The translations under genes were made by a program, and so were the position numbers. Of a DNA stretch of 64,000 bases, positions 25,304 through 38,238 are shown in pieces. The first letter of the stretch is position 1; the number at the start of each line of letters is the position of its first letter. Source of the DNA: Octopus vulgaris (Eukaryota); assembly GCA_951406725.2 (NCBI GenBank), contig OX597814.1, positions 50,902,001 to 50,966,000 on the forward strand, given 5' to 3'. Under the pieces are notes generated by a model. It was not told where the DNA came from and did no database searches. It saw only the letters and a list, made by a program, of their open reading frames with translations.

Positions 25304-26229
25304 GCTAGGTAGGTAGATAGGCACATAGATATGTGTGTGTTTATATGTATATATATGAATGTGTCTATAAACACATGCACACACACACAAGCTGTCAAGA
25401 TAGATTTTCTCATGGAATTTTAGTTTTGGATTCTCGTGTGCAACTAACACCTTCACAATTACTGTTTTATGAGTATCTTTTTCCAGTTTTGGTTTTTGTC
25501 TATTTTATTATTTTATTATTATCATTATTATTGTTGTTGTTGTTGTTATTATTGTATTCTAATCATTATATGTATTCTCAATGCCATAAATAGTCTATGA
25601 CTACAATGCCATATATTCATAATGTCCCAATGCATTGCCCACATTTTAGTGTATTACATTAGGTTCTGCGTGCTAATTAAAATTCGTGCTGAGAGGCATA
25701 TAGGTGCATTGGGATTTTGTTATGCCCATAAGACTTGCTTAAAACTGAGCTATTCGTGCAGTAAAAATTTGGAAATTTCTATCATTCCCTGTGGTCCCTT
25801 CTCCCTAATTTGATTTTGTCTTTGATCGCTAAAAGTTTAATGAGATTCTCCATAAAAAGTGAATCCACAATCTTGAGAACTTGTACACTCCCCTAGCAAT
25901 GACTAGGAAGAGATAATTTTCTCACTTTCAGCATGTTCTTGAAAAATTTTTTTTTTACATTCATTTTACATTTACTTTGAGTTTTCCATGCTTCTTTTAT
26001 TGTAATTGTTGCTGCTGCTTGTCTTTTTCCCCATGTAGATGTTATTTTCTCTTCTACTTCTTTTAGTAGTAGTTGTTATCTAAAATGGATAGGAGAAACT
26101 AGACTGCATACTATTACCTTAAAGCAGCTTGAAATAATAAATCACTTGCATATCTACAAACACAACTGTTATTTACATGAGATTGTTGTCATAAAATTGG
26201 TGTTAATATTGTGTTCTTACATTCTTGGG

Positions 26230-26574
26230 TAGTGGTTCTGAAGCAGTGCAGAATGGCACACTGGTGCACCACAAGGGGTGCCTTGTCATGCTGTAGATTT
26301 TTTTCTTTTTTTTTTTTTTGCAAATATAATTTAAAGCTTTAGAAAATTCATACCAATGCCTAAGTGTCTTGAAAAATATGTTATATACAAGTTTGATTAA
26401 TGATTATACACAAGTATGATAAATAAAACCAAAGAAAGCAAAACTTTTCAATATTTTCCCTAAATTTTAAATGTTAAAATATAGGATTGTTTTAAATTCT
26501 TTATACATGGTGCAACCATCATTTTTTATTTGATTTCCACTGCCTCACAAGGTCAAAAAGATTATAAACAACTG
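26230..26574. mobile_element. hAT (Charlie-like) MITE, decayed
   Basis: Termini are tAGTGGTTCT... and ...AAACAACTG. The 8-bp flanks ttcttggg and ttctaggc match at 6/8. Confidence 0.55.
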
Positions 26575-26603
26575 TTCTAGGCCAATGCTTTTTGTATTTC
26601 ATA

Positions 26604-26607
<4 letters not shown>

Positions 26608-26669
<62 letters not shown>

Positions 26670-26682
26670 TCTCTCTCTCTCC
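26608..26682. repeat. (CT)n microsatellite
   Basis: Directly visible. Confidence 0.95.
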
Positions 26683-27589
26683 ATATATGATTTCAACAAA
26701 TGGCTCTTCCTTTGGTCATTAGTTAGTTATGTCCCAAGACAATCATTTAGAAGCATTTGTGATTTTATGAGATATTTCTATAATTCTGATGGTCACATCT
26801 TCCTTTCTTACTTGTTTCTATAAATGATTTACTTTCCATCTAGATTTAAGAGATTTCATCATACTTCTTGAACCAACAAATAATTGTACATGTATTTTTA
26901 TGTGTATATGATTACATACTTACTTATGTATGCATGCTCATTTGTCATAAGTTGATAAAATAAATACCTATAAGAATGTTTCTTTGTCAGACTATAGTTT
27001 TCCTTATTTCATTTGGTATTCTCTCCAATTATATTTCTGAGTTAGACCAGACACTGAATTGAACATGTTATTTTACCAACCTGGTCTCCAGTTTAGCAAT
27101 GTGATTACAAAAGTTACTTTTACTTGTACTAAGACATATATGGAAATTATCACAACAGCCAAGATTTACTTTCCATATGGACAAATTGTCAGAAAATCCA
27201 AAACAAAAATTACCAGCCCCACCTCTGCACACACTACCAACACATCTCCACCCCCATCTTTTTCTCTCTTTCTTTCCTTCCTTTTCTAACTGGAGTATGT
27301 TTATCTTACAAATTATTTGGTTAGTTATTTGGCAGTGTTGGTGCCTTGAAAAAAGCATCCAATGCACTCTGTAAACTGGTTGGCTTCAGGAAGGGTATCT
27401 AACTGTAGAAACTATGCCAAAGCAGACAATAGAATTTGACACATTCCTCTGGATTGCCAGCCTCCTGTCAAACCCTACGCCCATGCTGGCATATGAAAAA
27501 ACAGTTAAATTATTATATTCTTTTATTCTTTTATTTGTTTCTGTCATTTGATTGTGGCCATGCTGGAGTACTGCCTTTAGAGCACACAC

Positions 27590-27639
<50 letters not shown>

Positions 27640-28033
27640 GCAATTTAAAGTTTAAAATATCAACTCAAAGATTCTACATAACTCAACATTATTTATATGA
27701 GTTACTTATTTACTTTGTATTGTGAAAGATCTGAGTTAGTAAAGAATTCAATTCTGTAAAAGGTTAAATCAAAATATTGATGTTTTTTTAAAAACTTGTC
27801 CTCAGATCAATGTACAGAGAGACTACAGATTAATAAATTACTGTGTATTACAGGTATCTTGCCAACATGGAAATCAGATGTAAAATGATGATTGTCATTA
27901 TTTTTATGAGATGAATTTATAACAATGTTTTTGTCCTCCACAACTAAACTGCAACAGTATAGGCTCATATATATATAAAAAAAAGATCATCCATGATATA
28001 CTGGGATTAATTTCTCTGTATTCTCTCCTAATA

Positions 28034-28085
<52 letters not shown>

Positions 28086-28086
28086 G

Positions 28087-28334
28087 CGCCACCATGACTG
28101 GCTTCTGTGCCGGTGGCACATAATAAGCACCAACCGATCATGGCCACTGCCAACCTCCCCTGGCACCTGTGCCAGTGGCACATAAAACGCACCCACTACA
28201 CTCACGGAAGGGCATCCAGCTGTAGAAACACTGCCAGATCAGACTGGAGCCTGGTGCAGCCTCCTGGCTTCCCAGACCCCGGTCAAACCATCCAACCCGT
28301 GCTAGCAAGGAAAATGGACGTTAAACGGTGATGA
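28087..28334 (+). mobile_element. Family B retroposon (RTE-type 3' UTR)
   Basis: It has the family B core and a (GAT)n tail, and sits in (TA)n. Confidence 0.8.
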
Positions 28335-29553
28335 TATATATAATGTGTGTGTGTGTGTAAAGATAGATAGGTAGATAGATTGATTGATTTTGATTTGTTG
28401 TTTTTATTTTTGTTTCTCTCTGTGTTTTCTGACAGTTTTTCCATGGTTGGAGGGTAAATCTTGATTGTTGTGGTAATTTCTATACATGTCTTACCATGAG
28501 TAAAAATAACTGCTTGTAACCACATTGCCAATATTTGGAAACTCACTCATTGAGTGGTAAGGTGTAAGTTAGCCATGTTAGTTTTGGCAGAAAGAGAATT
28601 AACTAGAAATAAGGTGGATCTTACATCTAAAATGAAAATTCTTTGAATAGCAAAAGCAGCTTCTCTTAGATTTTGTCCAATGCCCCGAGGGAAATTAAAG
28701 GTGCACAAATCTTCGTATGAGCAGTATTCAATTAATGGCCTGGCTTGAAACTTGTAAAAGGCAAGCAGGTGCTGAAAGTCAGAATAACATGCTTCTTTGG
28801 ATTGGGGAAGAAAAAAAAAACAATTTCTTATCTGTAACCTCTACAACTAAGATATATTCTTGCTAGATAATATTTATTTGAGAATGTTACACCTGTTATA
28901 TTGCCTGTAGAAGAGTAAGGGATAACTGGATAAAATGCTCAAAATAGTTGTATGAGAAATGATTAGAGCTGAACAAATTAGATAGATGCTTGTTCTTACG
29001 AAATTCATTGATTTATTGTTGGTTACTGTTGTACAGCCTTAAATAGACAGTAAGTGTTATCTAAGGCCATAGCCAAAGAGAGTTCTCTGAAATTATGCTG
29101 TCATTGCCAATTACTGCTATCCAAGGCTACAGCACTAGAGTCAATGAGGGCTGTCTGAGGTTTTAATGACATAGCCAATGAAGGCTGTAGCTATGCTGTC
29201 ACAGCTAATGATTGCTAACTGCAGCTGTAATACTCTACCTAGTAAGGGTTATTTGTAACAATAATTTATTCATGTTTTTAAGTAAATCATTACAGCTTAA
29301 AAATATTCTGATTTTAATACATCATTATATTGTCATTTATCTTATGCCTGACATTATTTTAGATTAATTACTCATAACTTGACATTTAAACAGTTATATT
29401 TTCTGATATAAAATTAAGTTTTAAGTGCTGCACCTTCACACTAAACACAATAGGCATAATACATATATCCTGCAAAGTTTGAGTAAGTTACAGTTCTTTG
29501 GAAAGTTTATTTTAAATGGTCCCCACCAAAAATGAAATTAAAAACTGGAAATA

Positions 29554-29961
29554 CTCTCTTTTACTCTTTCAGTCATTTGACTGCGGCCATGCTGGAGCAT
29601 CGCCTTTAATCGAGCAACTCGACCCCGGGTATTATTCTTTTGTAAGCCCAGTACTTATTCTATCAGTCTCTTTTGCCGAACCGCTAAGTGACAGGGACGT
29701 AAACACACCAGCATCGGTTGTCAAGCAATGCTAGGGGGACAAACACAGACACACAAACACATACACACACATACATATATATATATATACATATACACGA
29801 CAGGCTTCTTTCAGTTTCCGTCTACCAAATCCACTCACAAGGCATTGTTCAGCCCGGGGCTATAGCAGAAGACACTTGCCCAAGATGCCACGCAGTGGGA
29901 CTGAACCCAGAACCATGTGGTTGCTTAGCAAGCTACTTACCACACAGCCACTCCTGCGCCT
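29554..29961 (-). mobile_element. Family A tRNA-derived SINE, full length
   Basis: It has the full body with many CpGs retained, and a TSD AAATA at 29549-53 and 29962-66. Confidence 0.9.
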
Positions 29962-31361
29962 AAATAGATATTTAGCTTTAAAAACTTCAATAAAAAAACT
30001 AGCGAATATATACTTTGATATATGCTCATCAGTTTGTGTTCTTACATTTACATAGATGTAAGCCAATAATTAACTAGAATGTTTAATACCTATATTATAC
30101 CCATGTAAATACATCTCAAATTATCTTACTCTGCTGACAAAATCCTATGCAAAAATAGTGTCAGAGAAAGTTTAGCAACAAACAACATTCGGATGTTATA
30201 AGCATAGATAATAGTGGGAGTTTCTTGGAGCCATATAAATTGCAACCATAGAGTAATACCAAAAGAAAAGAAAAATGTTTTGCCAATAAAGATTAATTTA
30301 CTCCATTTGATCTACAAAATGTATAGCCTCTGATACATGTTAATGATGCTTCAATTTCTGTTCAGTATCATCTTCAAACAATTTGAATAGCATTGTAAGT
30401 ATCTTAGAAATCAAAGTTAGATTTTTGTCAACTTGGCAAACATTGTTATTATGTCATTAGTTACATTCATGATTGTGATCCCAGAATTTTATTCACATAA
30501 AGCTACTCACAGAATGTGTAAGTAAGGAGGGAATGTGTTATGTGAATGCGTGCAGAAATGTAATGTCATGATATCAGGTGATGTAGTTACATCAGGTTAC
30601 CAAAATATTTTTATAAATGCTCTTGTGACAATCCTGTTCATTGATCTCATATATAATGATCTTTTTTTTTCTTCACATTTTCATTTCTATTTGTTTGCTC
30701 CATTGTACTAAAACCACCATTGACCATCAAAAACAAATTTCATATTCTATGTAATTTATTACTCTGCTCAGACTACATATGGCCAATGATGAGAAAAATT
30801 TAGATAGCTTATGAGACATATCAATTTTGATATTTTCTTTTCTCTATACACTTTATTAGTATATGTATTTGTGCATTTAGTCTCAATCCCAATGATTATT
30901 TCCTTGAATCCTAATATATAGCAAGATAAATTGTATCACTGTCATATATCATATATGTGATATACTGGTACAATATATCAGTTCTTAGATCTTCAATGTG
31001 AACATCAAACATCATTTACTAAACAGTAAATCAAACCAACATGGCTTTATAATTACAGTAACAATGTATATCAATTCAGCAGTTTTTAAAATCTTGTGGT
31101 TTTTACAATAACAAACTAAAGATAATAATCTCTGATTACAGAACAAAGATTTCAATGTTTATATTAGTTCTTCCTCCTAATATGTTATTGTTCTCACCTG
31201 TAATATATAAAACCTGTGCAGTCTGCTTAAATGTATTTGTTCTCTTTCTTCAAGCCAAGATATGTTAAATGGTTCAATGATTTAGTCAGGGACTATGGAA
31301 TTACTGTGACTAACCAGATGTACTTTTTATACAAATTAGCATTAACGCCTTCAGACAATGA

Positions 31362-31422
<61 letters not shown>

Positions 31423-31500
31423 TTGTTTGCATAGTGATTTCAATATTGCTCTTAATTGTTTATCTGATCAATTATCAATATAACTTACCTTTATTTACAG

Positions 31501-31683
31501 ACTCACAATCCTTGGATGATGGAAAGCCTGAAAAAGTATCCCCAACTAACAGTGTCATATCTACAATGGCTGCTGATAGCACTGAAGATGATACAATGGG
31601 AGACTACACTTGCGAAATGTGTAGTGCCACATTTCACAGCTTAAACCAGTTTATGAACCACAGAAACTTTGAATGTCTAGGAG
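31501..31683 (+). CDS. Internal coding exon of a zinc-finger transcription factor; N-terminal C2HC finger most like ZNF423/ZNF521 (Oaz), alternatives Spalt or FOG/U-shaped
   Basis: Acceptor ...ccttttatttacAG ends at 31500 and donor GAG|GTAGGT starts at 31684. The exon is 183 nt, phase 1 at both ends and stop-free. It reads (D)SQSLDDGKPEKVSPTNSVISTMAADSTEDDTMGDYTCEMCSATFHSLNQFMNHRNFECLG(G). The motif Y-x-C-x2-C-x3-F-x8-H-x4-C follows an acidic stretch, as in ZNF423 [24 protein letters not shown] (recalled from memory). Exon status is secure; orthology is tentative. Confidence 0.85.
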
Positions 31684-33548
31684 GTAGGTATTTCTCTACA
31701 TTAATAAGATTGTATCATTAGAAATATAGTAAATGTAGACATTTGAATTGGATCCATTTTGTAAAATTATTAAATATTAAAACTATATTGCTCAAAATGG
31801 AAGCCTCGCATTGTTCGCTACAATTCTTATTAAAACTGCATCAAAAAATTTTTTTCACTATTCCACTTCCTGCTACTGAAAGAACATGTAGACAAAACAA
31901 ATATTTTAATGTCTATACATACATACACACACACACACACATATATATATACACACACATATATGTATACACGCATTTGAAAGTACCTAACAAAATAATC
32001 TAATTATTACTGTTGTTGGCATAGCAATAGAAAAATTCAAAAAATTTTTTAATCAAAACTCATCTAATTATTACAAATGAGCAAATGAAAATGGTTGCAT
32101 CAAATTATAAGAGTATAGTCATGACAAACACACCTGGCTCATTCCATTAACAGCAGTTTAATATGACATGATGTGAAGAAAGTTCTAAATTTAAAAAGAC
32201 AATTATTCTATGAGCAGTGTCATGATACACAACACACCAGGACCACTCCTTTACAGCTGTTAACCAAAGGAATGGTAGCCAGTTGTAAAAGCCCATCAAA
32301 TACAATGAACAGAACCAACATATGTCAAAACATAATATACTGTTGATCTGTTCAATGCACTCCAGCATTAAACATATATATATGAAACCATGATGATGAT
32401 GTTGATGAAGGCAATAACAACGATGACAAATTGTCGGATATTCTTGTTAGATCAATGAAAGGGCTACATAAGAAGTTTGGGGTCTCTGGTCAGTTGCAAC
32501 TCCTAAAACTTAAGTCTTTTGGTTCATTCCTGTCACATTTCTGGAAATAACATCTGTTAATTACTCACCATGACTTCTTTAACTTCTGTCAGATTTCAGA
32601 GAGTAAAAAATATTTTGTCTGCCAGAATATTAAAATGACAATGTAGGTAAATGATGCTAAGTGTCTCAACTTACTATGGAAACTAGTTCTAGAATGAAGA
32701 TTCGAAAGGAAATGTATCAGAGATAAAGTTTTTATTGTAATGACATCATAAGTGCATCACAGGATGTGATCTAACTTTACAAGAGTAAAGAATGCAATCT
32801 ACAGATTCATAAAATGAATGTTATTGCTAAATATGAAAACACCTAGCGGGAAGTCTGTTGTAGTTCTGTGCAAATTATGACTTGCTGTCTTAGGATTATT
32901 AGTAGATTGTTATCTAATTGACTTAATTCAGGAAATATATTAGGATAGTAGTTATTGTGATGAACCCATGGAACTTTAAGTTAGTGGATGATTGTGATGA
33001 CCAAATGCTAGCACTGGTATTGAGGTGTGTAAAAGAGATTACATATGAAATGCTCAAGAATATCTGTAAGGCTGTTATATGAATCTATCTGAAAATATGA
33101 TGAAATACTTTATATGAAAGCTGAGAGTTAAATTGAAGATGCTGAAGTAAATGAAAATATAATTCTAATCTCTGTAAACTGATGAAACATTATCTAAGAG
33201 GATATGGATGTGTTCAATATTATCATCTCCCACAACAATGCTTTGATATTTATCTCAAAAGAAGGTAAAGATGACTCCAGTGGAATTTGAACCCATGGTT
33301 AATGTACTATTGAGTTTTGTATAATTCAAGACATTCAGGTCACCAGCTCTTTGTAATAGTGTGAAACTGTACTCCTGTAGAACTGTTCAAACCATGCCAA
33401 CATGGAAGACAGATGTTAACTGATGGAGATAATGGTGGTGGTGGCAGTAGCAGCAGCAGTGAGGAGGGATGGAGGGAGGAAGTAACAGAACTTTTAATAT
33501 GTGCATCAAAAAAATACAATCAAAAACTACTTGTTCTATAAAATAGTA

Positions 33549-33961
33549 CTCTTTTACTTGTTTCAGTCATTTGACTGCAGCCATGCTGGAGCACCGCCTT
33601 TAGTAGAGCAATTCAACCCCAGGACTTATTCTTTGTAAGCCTAGTACTTATTCTATCGGTCTCTTTTGCCGAACCGCTAAGTTATAGTGACATAAACACA
33701 CCAGCATCAGCTGTCAAGGGATGTTGGGGGGGGAGAAACACAGACACACAAACATATACACACACACAAACATATACACACACACATATATATATATACG
33801 ACGGGCTTCTTTCAGTTTCCATCTACCAAATCCACTCACAAGGCTTTGGTCGGCTCGAGGCTATAATAGAAGACACTTGCCTGAAATGCCACGCAGTGGG
33901 ACTGAACCCGGAACCATGTGGTTGGTAAGCAAGCTACTTACCACACAGCCACTCCTGCACC
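33549..33961 (-). mobile_element. Family A tRNA-derived SINE, full length
   Basis: It has the full body and a TSD TAGTA at 33544-48 and 33962-66. Confidence 0.9.
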
Positions 33962-35230
33962 TAGTAGTGAAGCATTTTTTTTTATATATACCAATTTCTC
34001 TAGTATGTATGGAGAATTTGGTCATAGCACAAGGAAAGAAGTAGGTGTTTTGTAATACATAGATAACATAGCAGTGAATGTGGTGGTAATTGTAAGAGCG
34101 TTTCAAAACAAAGTTAGGTCTACAATACAGTTACTTGAAAGACAGTTTAGTGATACAGAAAATACTTCAGTGGTTGTACATTTACAGATAGGTACTGGTT
34201 TTGAATAGTATTGAAAATAGTAGGCAATTCCTCAGGGATGAAGCATGTGCTTGGAGTGAATGTTCATTTAGGCAACATGGTAGTGAAATAATAGCATTCT
34301 AGATCAAGCAATAAAAGATAAAAGTCAAGCTTGGAAAGTGTGGAAGAAAGATAGTTGCAGACAAGACAATTATATATGGCCTGTTGACACCATATTTGCT
34401 ATTCATCTCTATGCTCCATTAACTCTTAATATCTGGCTAACTGATAGGTAACCAGTAAAATAATTAACTAACTTGTTTTCTGAAGTTTCATTATAGATAA
34501 CTGCTTCATTTGTATCAGATGCATTCAGAAGTTTCACACCATTCTCATCTATAATAGTATGTTCAGAGATTCTATCTAGAACTTTTTAGCTAATGCCACT
34601 ACTACTACTACTATTATTTCCTGACCAAAAGAATATACAACTATCCTGATTCTTTCCAATGATTAGTCTCAATATGCTTTCAATTTCTCTTCTCCGTTTA
34701 TAGGCCTGATATCATCTACAGCACAAAAACATTCTACAGGCAAAATTTCATATACTCCAATGTATACAACTAGATATCCAAATAGATATCCAAAGGCACT
34801 GTGTGCATTATATATGTGTGTGTATGTCTGTGTGTGTTTATACATACATATGCACACACATGCATAGATTATATACTCATTGTATTGATCAAAGTTGATT
34901 GTTACTTACTAACACATTGAATAGATTCAGAAGTAAAATGTGAAATCAACACAGGAACAGCAAAATGACACAGCATAAACTATGATTGAAATCATTTAAA
35001 TATTAGAAGGCCTAGCTGTGTATACTTACATTATCATTTCTCTCACTGATAGACTTTCCAATGTTCAAATTTATATCAGCCTTTCTGTGTTATACATAAA
35101 ATTATATTAGAGTAGTATAGTTTGCATGAATCATTATCTAGTATAGATAAATGATTATAAGTTTTTTAAAACCAAAACAATGCAAGTTATAAGAATTAAT
35201 ACAAGTTGATGCTTTATAATTTTGTTGTAT

Positions 35231-35508
35231 ATTTCAATATTTCGAGGTTACGATCCCCTCTTCAGAAAATCTCTTCAGAGAGATGGTGTGGTGAGATTAT
35301 TTTTCTCTTCTGTAGTGTGTTTATATGAAGGGTTGGCAAGCCATCAAAAACACAAATGTACAAATTCAGCTGTCAACTACAGTTATAACCTAATTTATGA
35401 CTGGTTTGTATGGCAGCTGCATATACTGTGTCCCTGACGGGGAACAGCATGCAGCTGTGTCTTTTCTGAGGAGCAGTTAACAAATCATGAAATGGTCCAT
35501 CAGGAAAC
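35231..35508. mobile_element. Penelope-like remnant with two divergent minimal hammerhead-like motifs
   Basis: Minus 35231-35270 reads atttt-CTGAAGA-gggg-atcgtaa-cctc-GAAA-ta-TT-gaaat. Plus 35459-35508 reads gtctttt-CTGAGGA...GAAA-tggtcca-TC-aggaaac. A hairpin lies at 35413-35458. Confidence 0.55.
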
Positions 35509-36613
35509 TCCCCACTCCTATTTTTTTCTGAATATGAGGAAGCTTTCTGTACTATACAAAGAGTGTGTTTACATTCCTATCACAGCTAAACTTAATAATA
35601 TTTTTTTTTAATTTAGTAGTTTCTTTTGAAATGCTACGGAAAATCTTTGTGCATATACAGTGTTGTGAGTACAAGAACATGTACTTCTGAAAGTTATGTT
35701 TTTTTTAATAACCCTCTATAATAGGTACAATAAGAAAAAAAAAGATAGATATGTTCCTGCTATAACCATTCAGTCAATATATTGTTTACTTTATGCAAAA
35801 TATATTATTTATCATTTAATGTCTAAAATTTTCACTGCACCAACTACAATCTGTAATCTGCTCACTAACACAATTCCACTGCATCTAGTTTGTGGTGTGG
35901 TTGTTGGTTGGTATACCAAATGATAAATGTTTCAGTAAAGTTAACAGTCTTTGCATAGTTTTAAATGGTTAATATGTGTCTTCCGTGCTGCAATCATATT
36001 AGTTGCAACACACAATCTCAGATCAAATCACTAACCTGGCAAGTACGTCTCTGAAATATATTGTTTAATATAATGTTAAAATTGGAACAACTGAAAAGAT
36101 TAGTCCCATGAAATCACTGCCATCAGCCTTCTGTAAAGATGTAAAAGAGATAATCTGGAGTATAAACACTGTCATTATGAAATATATCAAGTATATCATT
36201 TTATGTCCATATTCCAATAATGAAATTGTGTGCATATGTGTGTATATGCACAAACATATATCTGAATGTGTAAACATGTGAATGTATGTGTATGCAAATA
36301 TACACACACATATACACATATATATCCCAGAACACACACATTTGAAAAGCTGAACAGCAAAAGCACTTACACACAATGTGAAAACTTCTTTCAGCAAAGT
36401 TTTTGTCATTCTGTTTTTTGAAAAAATATTTTTAATGATTAATAACTTTTAAGAAAATCTTTCTTTACATAATGTGACTGTATCAAATATTTTTAAAGGC
36501 TCTCACCTTCACTTAAAAATTCACCAAAATCTCTAACAATGAAATTAGTATTAATATGATTACAGCAAGACATATTTCTTATCAGTTTCCTGGGTGGGTA
36601 TGTATGTATGTCT

Positions 36614-36797
36614 GTGCCGGTGGCACGTAAAAAGCACCCACTACACTCACGGAGTGGTTGGCGTTAGGAAGGACATCCAGCTGTAGAAACACTGCCAGAT
36701 CAGACTGGAGCCTGGTGCAGCCTCCTGGCTTCCCAGACCCCGGTCGAACCGTCCAACCCGTGCTAGCACGGAAAATGGACGTTAAACGATGATGATG
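36614..36797 (+). mobile_element. Family B retroposon, young
   Basis: It has the family B core with CpGs intact and is inserted in (TATG)n. Confidence 0.85.
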
Positions 36798-37134
36798 TAT
36801 GTATGTATGTCTGTGTATGCATGCATGTATGCATATTTATATATGGGATTCTTTTCTCAGTCATTATTCTGTCTCTTGGACCACATTGCCTTCTGTCACC
36901 ATTCTATCCTCCTGGTCAATTTGCCCACTACATTCATACACATCTCGGAATACTGAATATCTCTATTCATTCATACTTCTATCACATCCCTCTTATCATT
37001 TATCACTCGTCACTAACCTCTATTATCCTCCCATTATTTCTCACTCACCATACTTGGCTTGTTAATGAGACTAAAGAAAGAAATGGATCTCTCCTTTGCA
37101 CCGCAACCAGTGTGTGTGTGTGTGATCAGCAGCA

Positions 37135-37245
37135 GTAACGTTTAATGTCTGTTTCCCATGCTGGCATGGGTTGGACAGTTGACAGGATCTGGCAAGCTAC
37201 AGTGTCAGCCTTGGCATGGTTTCTATGATTAGTTGCCCTTCCTAG
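37135..37245 (-). mobile_element. Family B 3' fragment
   Basis: It contains cgtttaatgtctgtttcccatgctggcatgggttggac. Confidence 0.65.
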
Positions 37246-37264
37246 CACCTATATACGTGTGTGA

Positions 37265-37560
37265 AGGCAAGGATGTGTGGTTGAGAAGCTCACTTCCCAA
37301 CCACATAGTTTTGGGTTCAGTCCCACTAAACAGCACTTTAGTGTCTTCTACTACAGACCCATGTAGGTAAGTTTGGTAAGTGGAAACAAAAAGAAACCTG
37401 TTATATATACATATGTTGTTTGTGTATTTGTGTTTGTGTGTTTCTTCTTCTCTTGACATTGTAAGATAGTTGTAAACATCTGTTATCATCATACAAGTGG
37501 TGTTGTTTGTTCACAATCTGCCGCAAAAACATGACTTGCCATGCAGAAATATTGCCTTCC
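37265..37560 (+). mobile_element. Family A-related SINE (older, divergent 3' part)
   Basis: The head reads gtgtggttgagaagctcacttcccaaccacatagttttgggttcagtcccact. Confidence 0.6.
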
Positions 37561-38198
37561 TTGGAAACAAGTGAAAGTTGACTGTATGAATAGCATCATT
37601 TGCCTCAATGAATTTTGGCTAAATTTTTGCTTACATTTTGTATAGCAAAGTAGGTGAACAGGTTGCCAGTTTCCAAGAAATGCTGTTTTGAGATGTCAGA
37701 ATGGTTCCCTGTGTTTCAGTGAAGTTTCAGATGTAATATGAGGATGAAAATGTGACACTTGAGGAGCATATTTAAGAAAGACTCTCACAAGAGTAAATGC
37801 TATTATAATAAGAATAAAAACTAGTCAGAGAAAAGAGTAACTTGATGTTGAATTGGGAATTAGAATTAATTTAAAGTTACCTGAATTTATATTCCTGGAC
37901 AGGATTTGATATTGTGCTAATATTTTGTTTTCATTTTCTGATACTGTTAAAAAATAAACATATTTATTGTGTATATAAATTTTCCTGTTTAATTTCCACT
38001 GGACTTTAGGTCACTGTTGCTTTGATGCTGAAAGTTAAAACAAGTTTTACCAAGCACATAATTTCTTAACCTTTCGCAACACATTTTTACCTAACATATT
38101 TAAAATCATAGGCCTAACTTAATCAGTTTGGTTTGAAAGCTTTTATTCCGTTTCTTTCTTAATTTTCTATCCAATGTCTTTAGAGAAATTTTATGTCC

Positions 38199-38238
<40 letters not shown>

